Source: Azolla caroliniana
Taxonomy: Eukaryota; Plantae; Polypodiophyta
NCBI GenBank assembly: GCA_043228905.1
Contig: JBHGNT010000010.1
Location: 4,960,001 to 5,024,000, forward strand
DNA: 64,000 nucleotides
Reading direction: 5' to 3'
Shown: piece by piece, positions 1 through 11,100 of the stretch
How positions within the stretch are numbered: the stretch's first letter is position 1
How the letters are laid out: each line of letters starts with the position of its first letter
The notes under the pieces: model-generated
What the model was told of the DNA's origin: nothing
Databases searched by the model: none
The model's input: the letters and a program-made list of their open reading frames with translations, nothing else
Made by a program: the position numbers and the translations under genes

Positions 1-328
1 TGACAAATCCCACCTCTAATAGAAATCTAGCCACTTCATGAAAAAACTCATCCCGACCTCCATAAGTCTGATATGCTTTTGCCGAGGGTGAGTATTCCCC
101 GAAATACGATTGGAGTGCTTCTGATGAAGGTTTTTTAACTGCCTCAAAGCCTCCTCTTGGCATTTGTAATGCATTTCGTATTTTCTTTGTGGTGATTTTG
201 GTGATGTCCATTTGTTGTACCAATTCTTCCGCCTGCGGATGAGGTTCCGCTTCTGCTACTTTGATGAAACCTTGTAGGTTTCTCTCATGAAGCCACAATC
301 GCAGTTCTTCAGATACAGGAATCGGCAT
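1..328 (-). CDS. Additional ORF downstream of pol (env-like position), partial, open at the window edge
   Basis: Manual translation from ATG 328: MPIPVSEELRLWLHERNLQGFIKVAEAEPHPQAEELVQQMDITKITTKKIRNALQMPRGGFEAVKKPSSEALQSYFGEYSPSAKAYQTYGGRDEFFHEVARFLLEVGFV, no stop in 109 codons. Absent from the ORF track because it lacks a stop. Confidence 0.7.
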   Translation of the reverse strand, partial: MPIPVSEELRLWLHERNLQGFIKVAEAEPHPQAEELVQQMDITKITTKKIRNALQMPRGGFEAVKKPSSEALQSYFGEYSPSAKAYQTYGGRDEFFHEVARFLLEVGFV

Positions 329-735
329 GACTTCTGTATTTCCTTGTTCTGAATCACTTGTCGATGACAGTTGCAGATCTGCACAGTTTCTGTAGCGATG
401 AAAATCAGAAAAGCAGAGTTTGGGCGAACTAGGGCACGAAGGAGGCTCAGACTGTTTCGATATCTGCACTCGTTTCTGTTGTTTTGACGACACAGATGAT
501 ATAGAAATATGCTATAAAGATATTAACTTATGCATGATGACTTAAAGAATAGTAATTGCTATTAATGTAGGAATTAATTAGTATTCACTCTACGTGTAGT
601 GGTTGTACTCCTTACTAATAATCATGCAATTCCTCTTTCTATTTATAGTCGATTCATACTGTTATGGCAAGATTGTATTTCTGCATTTGACAAGAACTAT
701 TGAGTGAGTTAGTTAGTTTTTTTTTTTTTTTTTTT

Positions 736-3700
736 TTACTCTTCCGTTTGAATAAACGGATTTACCGGCATATCTCCCAAATACGGTTTAAGCCGAAATC
801 CATTTACCCATTTCGGTAAAACCTCTCCGGTTAATGATCCCAGTTGGTACGTACCATTTTTACTATTAATTATCCATACTGGACCTGTCCATCTATACCG
901 GAGTTTCCCAGGCATAAGTCCCATTCTCGTCTGGAATACTAATACCGGTTTCCCAATTTCGAATTGCTCTTCCGATTTCCTTCGATGTCGATTTACGAAT
1001 GCCTTGATTTGTCTTTGCTTGTGTTCTAGTGCTGACATTGATTGAATCCGTTCTTCTTCTAATACTAATAAAGCCTCCTTGCGTATCTGCTCCGATTCTA
1101 TTTCATTTAACTTATTCGTTGCTTGGATACGAAGTGTCGGAATTTGAAATTCGATCGGCATAACGGCTTCGAGTCCGAATGCCATTCGGAAAGGTGTTGA
1201 TTTAATGGATGTTTTGTACGAAGTACGATATGCCCATAATGCACTATTTAACTTTTGATCCCAATCAGTACGATTTTCATTTACTATCTTCTTTAAAATT
1301 GTTTGAATTGTTTTATTTGTCGATTCTGCCAATCCATTAGCTTGGGGATAGTAAGGCGTACTTTTCTTATGAACTACGGCATAGTAATTGGTTAATTCGT
1401 TAATTAACTTGTTAATAAAATGAGTGCCTTGATCGCTTACCAATTCTATTGGGCAACCGAATCGACACCATATATTCTCATACAGGAATTTTGCTGTGGA
1501 TGCTGCTGTATTGTCCTTGAGAGCTTTTGCTTCAACCCATTTTGTGCAATAGTCAATCGCAATTATGATATATCGATTACCGGTTCTTGCAGCTGCTGGT
1601 TTGAATGGGCCAACAAAATCTAAGCCCCATTTCTGAAATGGCTCAAGAGGTAAAACCGGTTGAAAAGGCATTCGATCCTTTTCGGTTGGTTGCCCCATTC
1701 TTTGACACAAATCGCATTTCTTATAGTATTCGTTAGCATCTTTCATCACCGTTGGCCACCATAACCCGCTATTCCATATTTTTCTGGCTGTTGCTTCTCC
1801 TGCGTAATGACCGCCAGCAATTCCACAATGTGACTCTGTTAATATGGCTGATTTTTCAAATTTTCGTACTGCCCTTCGCCATATTCCATCCGCTCCTTTA
1901 TGATACAACATGTCATTAAATAAACAAAAATTCCGACTTCGTACTGCAATTCTTTTTCTTTCATCTGTCGACATGTGTTCGGCCGGAATTCCTGTTGATA
2001 GAAATATCGTCATTTCGGAAATCCATTCATCCTCTTTTTCCTCATTCACTTCATATGCTTTTACTGCCTCAACCCGAAATAATTGAGTATCTGGAAAATC
2101 ATCTTTAACCCCAACCGCTTCTTCTCCAGACTCAAGCCGACTGAGATAGTCAGCAATCGCGTGCTGTGCTCCTGGTCGATGTATAATGTCGAATTCAAAC
2201 TCTTGAAGCAATAACGTCCATCGGGCTAACTTGCCTGTCAATTCTTGTTTGGAAACTAGATACAGTAAAGCCGAATGATCCACATGAAATGTAAATTTCT
2301 TACCCAAAAGGTAATGTCGAAATTTGTTCACACTATATATCATTCCCAAAGCTTCTCTTTCGGTTGTTGAATAGTTTCTTTTGGCCGACGAAAGTTTCCT
2401 ATTGGCATAGTATACCGGCCTATACCAGTTTGGTTCGGATAATTGCATTAAAGCACTGCCTATGGCAATGTCCGACGCATCGACGAAAACATGAAATGGT
2501 TTGTTCCAGTCCGGTGGTTGAACTACCGGAACCTTCGTCAACATCTTCTTAAGACATTCGTACGCATCTTGTTCTATACATGTCCATATAAAAGGAACTT
2601 TGTGTACTGCTGTGTGTAACGGAATAGCAATGTCTGCTAGATATCTCATCATTCTACTGTGCCACCGAATTTGACCCAAAAATCTACTTAAAGCTTTAGC
2701 ATTTGTTGGTGGTGTTGCCTCAATAATTGCTTTAACTTTGTCTGGGTCCACTGCAATCCCTTCTTGACTGACAATATGCCCAAGTAATGTACCACTCATT
2801 ACTCCGAATGCGCATTTGGCTAGATTTAAACTAAGACGCCCTTTTCGACATTTTTCTAAACATAGTCGTAAATGCTCAAAATGATCAGCTTTCCGACTAT
2901 ATACCGCAAAATCATCTAAAAACACCTGCATGAAAGCTGGAATATATTCCCCGAATATTTCCTGTATTACCCGCTGAAATGTAGCTGGAGCTGTTTTTAA
3001 ACCGAACATCATGACTACTGCCACAAAGACACCCCATTCTGTGACGAAAGCTGTCTTTTCCTGATCTTCGGGATTCATCCGTACTTGGTTGTACCCACTG
3101 AACCCATCCAAGAAACTATAAATTTCATGCCCCGCTACTGCATCTAATATCCCATCTGTGAATGGCAACGAAAACGCATCCGTAATTGTCGCTGCATTCA
3201 ATTTTCTGTAATCCACACATACGCGAATTTTCCCATTCTTTTTCGGGACTACTACTATCGGACTCAGCCATGTTGATTTTTTGACGGGTCGAATAAATCC
3301 TACTTTTAAGAGTTTATCGATTTCTTCTTTTACTTTGATAGCATAATTCGGATTCAACCTGTACTTGCGTTGTTGTACTGGCTTTGCATCTTTATGCAAA
3401 TTGATTTGATGTTGACAAAAAGCGGGATCCAGACCTTTCATATCGTCAAACGACCATGCAAAAACATCTTTATATTGTAATAATAATGTTGTTAATGTCC
3501 GTTTGTCATTTACCGTCAAATCTCTAGCAATCAAGACTGTTTTTCTTTCAGCATCCTCTACTCCTGCCAAATCGATCTCCTCTAATGCTGAGGCTTGCAC
3601 TCTCTGAGATACCTTCATTTCCTTATCTGTAGCTTCTTGTTGCATTCGTATTTCTTTCATTGTTTGCTCATCGATTGACACTTCTTCGTGTGAGTCTACA

Positions 3701-4245
3701 TATGGTGTTAATGCTTGCAAAATATCTACCTCAAATAGAGGGATGATTTTTTGATTATCATCAAAATACTGACTTTCTTCTTCCTCGTCCAATCCTTCCA
3801 TCATATTAACTGCTTCTGCATGTACAGGTAAACTCTGTTTGCTTGTTGTCACTTTGTTGTGCGTCGGAATCCTGACCTTATTTTTTCCTTTCCTAAATGT
3901 TAGCACATTTTGTTTCCAATTTTGTTTAATATTAGCTGTCTTTAACCATGGTCTCCCTAATAACAAGGGGTATGCTCCCTGTGTTTCTAACTGCAAAATT
4001 ACTGCCGAAATCTGAAAACTGTGCCCCCCGATTATTACATCCAGTTCTCGAAGCAAACCAATCGGTCGTACCGTACTTGTATCTGCCATTCGTAACCAAA
4101 ACGGACATGCTTCCCATTCCGTGATTCCCAGTTTTTCACATGTAGTTTTGTTAATCACATTAACACCCGAGCCTCCATCTATAATCACATTTCCGATTTC
4201 TTGCCCGTAAAGTATTACCTTAATCGACGGATTCTGTTCATCCAT
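736..4245 (-). CDS. pol: Gypsy Pol polyprotein (protease, RT, RNase H, integrase)
   Basis: 1169-aa ORF: IIDGGSG protease; CVDYRKLN, FLDGFSGYNQ and FLDD RT motifs; FVDAS RNase H; H..GGH...C..C zinc finger; WGLDFVGP, SDQG and PQANGLAE integrase motifs. No chromodomain or second RNase H seen. Confidence 0.95.
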   Translation of the reverse strand: MDEQNPSIKVILYGQEIGNVIIDGGSGVNVINKTTCEKLGITEWEACPFWLRMADTSTVRPIGLLRELDVIIGGHSFQISAVILQLETQGAYPLLLGRPWLKTANIKQNWKQNVLTFRKGKNKVRIPTHNKVTTSKQSLPVHAEAVNMMEGLDEEEESQYFDDNQKIIPLFEVDILQALTPYVDSHEEVSIDEQTMKEIRMQQEATDKEMKVSQRVQASALEEIDLAGVEDAERKTVLIARDLTVNDKRTLTTLLLQYKDVFAWSFDDMKGLDPAFCQHQINLHKDAKPVQQRKYRLNPNYAIKVKEEIDKLLKVGFIRPVKKSTWLSPIVVVPKKNGKIRVCVDYRKLNAATITDAFSLPFTDGILDAVAGHEIYSFLDGFSGYNQVRMNPEDQEKTAFVTEWGVFVAVVMMFGLKTAPATFQRVIQEIFGEYIPAFMQVFLDDFAVYSRKADHFEHLRLCLEKCRKGRLSLNLAKCAFGVMSGTLLGHIVSQEGIAVDPDKVKAIIEATPPTNAKALSRFLGQIRWHSRMMRYLADIAIPLHTAVHKVPFIWTCIEQDAYECLKKMLTKVPVVQPPDWNKPFHVFVDASDIAIGSALMQLSEPNWYRPVYYANRKLSSAKRNYSTTEREALGMIYSVNKFRHYLLGKKFTFHVDHSALLYLVSKQELTGKLARWTLLLQEFEFDIIHRPGAQHAIADYLSRLESGEEAVGVKDDFPDTQLFRVEAVKAYEVNEEKEDEWISEMTIFLSTGIPAEHMSTDERKRIAVRSRNFCLFNDMLYHKGADGIWRRAVRKFEKSAILTESHCGIAGGHYAGEATARKIWNSGLWWPTVMKDANEYYKKCDLCQRMGQPTEKDRMPFQPVLPLEPFQKWGLDFVGPFKPAAARTGNRYIIIAIDYCTKWVEAKALKDNTAASTAKFLYENIWCRFGCPIELVSDQGTHFINKLINELTNYYAVVHKKSTPYYPQANGLAESTNKTIQTILKKIVNENRTDWDQKLNSALWAYRTSYKTSIKSTPFRMAFGLEAVMPIEFQIPTLRIQATNKLNEIESEQIRKEALLVLEEERIQSMSALEHKQRQIKAFVNRHRRKSEEQFEIGKPVLVFQTRMGLMPGKLRYRWTGPVWIINSKNGTYQLGSLTGEVLPKWVNGFRLKPYLGDMPVNPFIQTEE

Positions 4246-4266
4246 GATCGAAGGGTTATTACTTGG

Positions 4267-6027
4267 CTAATTGTAGTGTACTGCTATTTGTTCGGAACCT
4301 TTATATGCAATTAATGCTGCCACTTTTTCTGTAAACCTTGGTACTAACTTAAGTAAGCCCGTAAGTGGCAATGACACTTGGCAATCAGCCAACAGTTTCC
4401 AAGTTTCTTCCTGTTCCTTATTCCCCAATGACTGTTGTACAGCGATGTCCTGGTCAATGTTATTGTCTTGTAACATTCGATTCACATTACTTTGATTTGC
4501 TTCATCCACCCATTCTTTTGCCGCCTTCCGAACTTCTTCCTGAATTTCCCACTCTGATTGTTTGCTTTTGCTGCGTGTCGTTACTTGCTGAACTTCCGGT
4601 ATTACCATATTAACTGCTGGACCCTTTCCTTTAACCGGACATTGATTAGCATAATGGCCTAGTTGTCGACAAATGTAACAAGTGGGCACAAATGTTGCAC
4701 TAGTCTCTCCATGTGCAAATTGCCCGTTATTAAATTGCTGCTCTTCATTACCATTCGGGTTTTGTTGGTATTGACGTGTAGCTTTTGGTTTGTTAAATCT
4801 CTTGTTTTTATACCGATTCTGCCTAAATTGTTCAGTATTATCATTTGGTTGTGCTATATTGTGTGGTGTCCCGAACTCCTGATTTGGCTGAAAATTATTC
4901 TGTTGAAACATTTGATTATTTTGTGGAACAGTTTGAGTATTATGTTGAAAAGTCATATTACCCGGTTGAAATGCCGGATTTGGTTGAAATGTAGAATTCG
5001 GTTGCACATTCGGACAGTTCTGTTGAAACCCTTGAAATGGTGGGTTACCTTGTTGGAAACTTTGATTATTTTGTTGAAAATATTGATTCGGATTCTGTAC
5101 GAATGGTGGGTTGGATTGAGCAAAACCTGGTTGATATGCTTGAGTCACTTGAGTGGGTTGCATATTTTGTTGTGAAAAGATCTGATTTGGCTGTATAACC
5201 GGATTCTGTTGTACATTTTGCTGATTTTGTGAAAAATTATTATTTTGATAACCATTGAACAGATTAGTGTTATTTTGGTAACCATTGTCAGCAAAAATTT
5301 GTCGTACTAACGCCATAGTCTTATTAAGCAGATTATATTCACATTGTTCTACGGAATGTAATTTTGAATGACATATTGTACAATGTGTTCTTAACGTATA
5401 GTCAATTGCTGAATGCCCCGTATTTAAACAAGTGGTGCATTGAACTGCTTGTCGAAATTGTAACTCCTCCATTGTTGGTAATGTACGGTGTAATGCCGAC
5501 ATGTCCATACTCTGAACATTGACCGGTGGTCGACCCATTTCTATTGCTTTATCAATGACTTGTTCGATAGTCTGATTTCGAAAATCGAACACTTTCAATG
5601 TCGTCCTTAATGGTTCTTTTACAGCTTCTAGAAAGACTTCTTTTAATTCCTTATCCGGAATCGGCCTCGAAACCTGAAGCTGTAAGTTCTGAAATCGTAT
5701 CACAAACTGAGATACTGTTTCATTTTTTTCTTGATATAACGCATAAAATTGCGCAATCAAATCCTTCTGCGGAATTTGTTGATGAAATAATTGTAAAAAT
5801 TTACTAGTTAATACTTCAAAGGATGGAAATCCTTGAAGACCGTTCTGCGCAAACCAATTAGCGGAATATCCGTCTAATGATAAGACGAACTCAGCGATTT
5901 TTGACTTATCTTCGACATCTGCCGACAATCGCTGAGCTCCATGGTTAATCTCCCATGTCGTTAAGAAATCCCTAACATGTGCTTCCGCATCTGTTCCTTC
6001 CCGGAACTTAGAATAAGTATAAGGCAT
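4267..6027 (-). CDS. gag: Gypsy Gag with three CCHC-type knuckles and a Q/N-rich linker; in frame with pol across one TAG
   Basis: Capsid-like N-terminus; CTTCLNTGH, CTICHSKLHSVEQC and CYICRQLGHYANQC. The same frame continues upstream to ~6297 past a TAA at 6141-6139. Confidence 0.9.
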   Translation of the reverse strand: MPYTYSKFREGTDAEAHVRDFLTTWEINHGAQRLSADVEDKSKIAEFVLSLDGYSANWFAQNGLQGFPSFEVLTSKFLQLFHQQIPQKDLIAQFYALYQEKNETVSQFVIRFQNLQLQVSRPIPDKELKEVFLEAVKEPLRTTLKVFDFRNQTIEQVIDKAIEMGRPPVNVQSMDMSALHRTLPTMEELQFRQAVQCTTCLNTGHSAIDYTLRTHCTICHSKLHSVEQCEYNLLNKTMALVRQIFADNGYQNNTNLFNGYQNNNFSQNQQNVQQNPVIQPNQIFSQQNMQPTQVTQAYQPGFAQSNPPFVQNPNQYFQQNNQSFQQGNPPFQGFQQNCPNVQPNSTFQPNPAFQPGNMTFQHNTQTVPQNNQMFQQNNFQPNQEFGTPHNIAQPNDNTEQFRQNRYKNKRFNKPKATRQYQQNPNGNEEQQFNNGQFAHGETSATFVPTCYICRQLGHYANQCPVKGKGPAVNMVIPEVQQVTTRSKSKQSEWEIQEEVRKAAKEWVDEANQSNVNRMLQDNNIDQDIAVQQSLGNKEQEETWKLLADCQVSLPLTGLLKLVPRFTEKVAALIAYKGSEQIAVHYN

Positions 6028-7116
6028 ATCGTCCCAAATGTCGTAAAACGATACCTCTTCCGTCTGTTTTTCGTCTGAAGGTAATTGATCGGATAAGTCA
6101 GGAAGTTTCGACCACTTTGTGCTTGATTCCGGCTGTTCTTACGCAATGAACGCTTGCTGCACTACCTTCGTAACTGACCTTGTACGAGGCCGCTTACAAC
6201 TGACCGGTGCCTCCTCTTCATACGACATCCATTCGAATTGTTCTCTGCTGAATCGCAGATGTAACCGGGCGTGCCAAAATTCTTCTGTGTTAATCGGCTA
6301 AGTACTAACTACTACCGATACAGAAGAGTGAACGTCGCTACTCAACGTTCTAACAAGGAATTGTGTTTTACGAACGGAATTATACTATATTAATCGGTAA
6401 TTACCGTGATCGTTACTTAGTTATAAATTAGGAAGCTTGCACTTAAGATCATAGACAATAAAAGAAACACAGAATTCGTACAAGATATCCCTAACTTAAA
6501 CTTATATTACTAAATAGAACGACCTTTCTTACAATGCCTTCGGTTCCCTTTTATAGGTATACCGAAGGTCTTTTCTCATCAAGAACTATTCCTACTTACT
6601 ATCAAGATTTACAAAATTATCTAACTAACTTAGTTCTCTTCGTTTACTGCTGAGTCATTGATCCGAATAGTCGATCCGAACCGACTCTGTTTTCGACGCT
6701 TTCCCACTTGTTCGGTAAAACTGACTGTCCGGGTCCGGGTAACAGCGGAGCAGAGTCAGCCTCCCGAAACCTGCACGTAACGATTATGGAGATGACAAAG
6801 GAGAGGAGAATCGCTCGGTTCCAGTCCGGCGGCACTTCGTCCTCCACTAACGCGATATATTTTTCAATACCTCTCCCTCTCTTTTATAGCCCAAGGAGGG
6901 AGGCCGGTACCACCCGTTACATCATGTTTATTCCCTGTCCTTTTGGACAGGAATGCGCCTCGATTTTCTCCCTATTGAATGCGTGCTACCTAGGATTTCA
7001 CCTCAGCTGACCTGAACCTATCTATGTACTATACAACAAAACTTGTGCCCACGTGTAAGGGCCGGTTTATGCACGTTATACGCGGTTTCCGCCTAGGGAC
7101 GGTTTTCTCCACGACA

Positions 7117-8145
7117 ACGCCTTTATGAGGAGGAGAGGTGCATGGGCACGCCCGAAACACTCCCTCATCACAAGACGACCGAACATACAAGGAAGACACT
7201 AACACACGCACAAATGCTCGTACGCCTTTATGAGGAGGAGAGGTGCATGGGCACGCCTGAAACACTCCCTCATCACAAGACGGCCGAACGTACAAGGAAG
7301 ACACAAAGAAAGAAATAAATACGTGTTGGATTCCAACACAAGGGGACCCTTTATAAAATAGGGTTTGATTACAATGACAACTTCTAGTTAACCACAAGCT
7401 CAATCAAAACATAAATACTAAATGCCCTTAGAGACAAGAGCAAATCCAAACACGGCGAAGATGAACACACAAGCACCACCAAAATGCCAACCCCAACGAA
7501 CTACGACCACCCGAACGGCGAGCACACGGGCTCGCAACGACGAACGGGGCGAAGCAACGTCGAACCAATGAAGGTTGGGCTCACGAGGACTTCGAGTGCT
7601 GACGCGAAGAAGATGAGCACGTGGTGATGAGGGAATGAAGGGGTATGAGATGAAGAGAAGTGGTAAAGAAGAAGATGAAGAGCTCCGGAGGAAAAATAGT
7701 GATAGTCTCCTCCTCCCAAAAGGTCCTCCCAAATGAGCAGGCCTCGACCTCTGTTTATAGGAAAAAAAAGAAGGGCGGTCACCAATTTTGTCTTCAATGC
7801 AAAAGGAAGAAAATTTCATAAATCACGCTACATTGTAAGACCATATTTGAACCATGCACCTCTAGCTAGAAGTCAATGTGACTATCTACTAGCCCATTAA
7901 CTCTCTCTTATTTTTATATATAATTCTATCTCTACAAATTCAGAGCCTATCTCCCCTCTACCTTTTATCTCTCCTCTCTCTTACTTTTTACACGAGCTTC
8001 TATACATCCTTTCCACCCTTTATTTTCCCTTTTCTTTTGCTTATGTACAATTAATCGCCTTTGTGTGCATACACATTGCACATGCACATTTTGACCCCCC
8101 CCTTTCGCCGGTTTTTCCCACTCTCGAGCACGCCACATCACGACA
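7117..8145 (-). mobile_element. LTR-like segment inserted in LINE copy 1, ending in two 105-bp repeat units
   Basis: Begins TGTCGTGATGTGG at 8145 (minus) where LINE ORF2 homology stops; TATA-like CCTATAAA; near-identical to 34498-35580. Confidence 0.65.
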
Positions 8146-11100
8146 CCGTCTCCAACATTCTTTACTTTTTCCTGGACCTTCCGACATGTATCCCCATGAT
8201 AGCCCCTTACTTGATCCAATTAGTAGATCAGATTCATCCCTAATACATGGGTTCCAAAGGATCCGTTGACTGAGCCAGGCAGGTTCGGAATTGGGTTGAT
8301 CGCACTTGAGTCCTCGTCTAATGTCACACCACGCCTTCCACATGGATGCACTAAATCTATCCTCCAGTTGGCAGGAGAAACTAGGTTTGAGATCCATGTT
8401 TAGAATCCATCCAGTTTGGGGGGCCCAATTGGTACCTTTTCGTGGCCTAAAGTAAGTAACCCGTAACCGCAATAACATTTTCCAGCAGTCATTCCCCGGA
8501 TGGAGTCCTCGCACCACAAATTTGGTTAGTAGGGCTTTTGATTGTGAGAGAGGATCAATAAGACCCAATCCTCCTCTTGACTTAGGTGATGTGAGTATAG
8601 GCCATGCCACCTTGGCCCAAGTTGCATGATCTTCCTTACTAGACCAAATGTAGTTGTGTACCAGTTGTTGAATCTGGTGTATACTTTCCTTAGAGATTGT
8701 CCATCATGATAGGTTGTACCATCTTGTCGCGAGTAATACCTGGTTTGCCACTATGATGTGCCCCGCTAGCGAGAGTTTTTTTGAACTCCAATGTATTAAC
8801 TTTTGTCGTATGGAGTGAATAATTGGTGTAATCATAGTCTTCGGAGGTATGCTGAAACCAATTTGGAAACCCAAATATTTGGTGCTCTCACCTTGATTGA
8901 TGCACTTGAAAGCGGGATCCAGGTGCCACGCAGGATGTGCATCATGAGAGAGCCACATTGCACAAGATTTGTGCCAATTGATGATGGCATTGGATCGCTT
9001 GCAAAATATGTCTAGACCACTTTCTAGCTTTTGTAAATTTTCCAAGTCGCCTTGCAAGTAGACCGCGGTGTCATCTAAAAATTCTATATCTAGGAGGCTT
9101 TGGTGAGAATGCAGCACATGACGACTACATAGGCTTAGATGTCGTGAGTTGAGAAAGTTAGAGAGTGCTTACGCGTATAATAGAAATAAGGATGGAGCCA
9201 ATGGGCAGCCCTGTCGTACAGACCGCGATATTCAGAAGAAAGGGCCCCTTTCACCTGCTAGTGAAACATAGCTGATGGCGTTCGTATAAAGTCCTGCAAT
9301 GCCTTTGATCCATGATTCATGAAAGCCGAGTTTCCCCATCACAGTTTCTAGAAATTTCCAGCATACCTTGTCATATGCTTTCTCAAAACCTAGGAGCACC
9401 ACAACTACCTTGTTGTTGGTACGCTTAGCAAGGGTTACTACTTCCCAAAATGAGAATAGATTGTCTAGGATGCTCCAATTTCTAACAAAACCTGTTTGGG
9501 ACAGATGAATGAGCTAAGGGAGAAGTGGTGCTAAGCGGCGTGCCACGATTTTTGCGAGCAACTTATAGACAGTATTGAGGAGAGTTATGGGCCGCCACTT
9601 ACTAATCTCATTGGCACTTCCACCACTTTTAGGAATGAGATGTATCATCCCCTGTCCAAATTCCTCTGGCATGTTTTCAGTGGTGATGATCTCCTCATAT
9701 GCCTGGAGAAGATATTCTTTAATAGTGTCCCAAAGGCACGTGAAAAAGTGAGGGGTGAGGCCGTCGATTCCGGGGCAGCTATCTGCATCCAAATACGAGA
9801 GGGCCTCCCATATCTCGATGATTGATAGAGGACGCACGAGCCATGTATTCATTTCCGTCATGACTTTCTCAGGTATGCTCTGGAGGATAATATCTTCTCT
9901 TATGTCTTCCCATGTGGCCTTATTATCTTCAGTAAGTAGTCACTTAAAGTAACTTGTGGCAATATTCCTCATTTCGTCACCATCCTCCATGGTTGGCATC
10001 ATTGTTCTAGCGTGTCTTGGTCCCTTGGATCAGAAGAATTCCTTCGTGGTTTTGTCCCCTACTCGAATATATTGAGCCATGCTTCCATGAAACTCCATGT
10101 CATAGATTGCCTTTTCTGCCATGATGAGTTTATGTTTGGCCATGGCAACTTGTCCCACGAGCTAACTACATGTTGGGTATCGTTGTTGAAGTCGTTGTAC
10201 GGCTATTAATCCCCGTTTTGTCCTTTGTCGCTTTTCCTGAGCATCCTTACTTCTAGTCTTGACAATCTCATGTAGTAGAGTTGAAGATCTTGATAATTTA
10301 GCTAGAAGTTTGTCAGATGCTAATGAGGCATTGACGGTAGTCACCATTGGATGGCGAGTTGTTCCTTCACCTCTATAACAGTGTAGATAGTGTGTGGGAT
10401 TCGAGGTTGGAATGAGCCCCACTTTCGGTGCAAGTGAAAGTGATTGATTGCCGAGTAATGGTCGGAGAAAGTTGTGCCTGGAGTTATGCGACACCACCCT
10501 CCCTTTGCTTCTAGGGCCTCGCCTACATAAAGACGATTGATGCAAGATAGAGTGGGTCCACTATTTCACCCATTTGATCAAGAGAATAAGAGAGAGTCCC
10601 TTTTTCCTTGGAAGTTGTCGGAATGCCATATATCTCGCAAGTTAAGGTGTACACATAACTTCTCCCATTGTTTACGTTCCCTTCCTTGTAGGACTCTGGG
10701 ATTGTTTTTAGAGCTATCATGGATGGATTCGATCATATTAAAATCCCCTCCATTGCACCACTCCTCTGTACCTGCTACTTGTTGGTGAATGTGCTCCCAG
10801 AATGTTGCCCGTTTTGTGCTGTTGTTTGGAGCATAGACATTCATGAAATTCCAACGTTGCCCTTGGATGGCCAACGTGCAAAAATGTGCCCTTCCAGGTA
10901 TCAATGATTCCTGGTGTATTAAATCTTGGGCTAGATGTTCCCGAATCAAAGTGCAAATACCACCATGATTTCCATCCACCCCTATTGCTGGCTCCCAAAT
11001 TGTTCGCCATGATCCTGGTAAAAGATCTTCGACTTCCTTTGAACGAGTACTATCAAGGTGGTGTTCCTGCAACATGATGATGTCAGCAGCACCCCCCTAA

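Larger units (their letters stand above)
1..7116 (-). mobile_element. Ty3/Gypsy LTR retrotransposon, non-chromovirus (Athila/OTA-like), near-intact; 3' part continues beyond the window start
   Basis: Minus strand starts TGTCGTGGAG at 7116, exactly where a 105-bp repeat unit is cut (AAGGCGT|). Followed by gag, PR-RT-RH-IN pol and a further ORF. The 3' end of the 5' LTR and the PBS were not resolved. Confidence 0.9.

Noticed and set aside
717-737. Poly(A) after the pol stop as evidence of a retroposed, processed copy
   Set aside because: Element-like sequence and a further ORF continue past it and no TSD is evident; more likely an internal homopolymer.
6263-6276. TGGCACGCCCGG (minus) resembling a tRNA-Arg PBS
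   Set aside because: Not adjacent to a clear LTR-terminal CA and lies in the gag reading frame (EEFWHARL); left unresolved.
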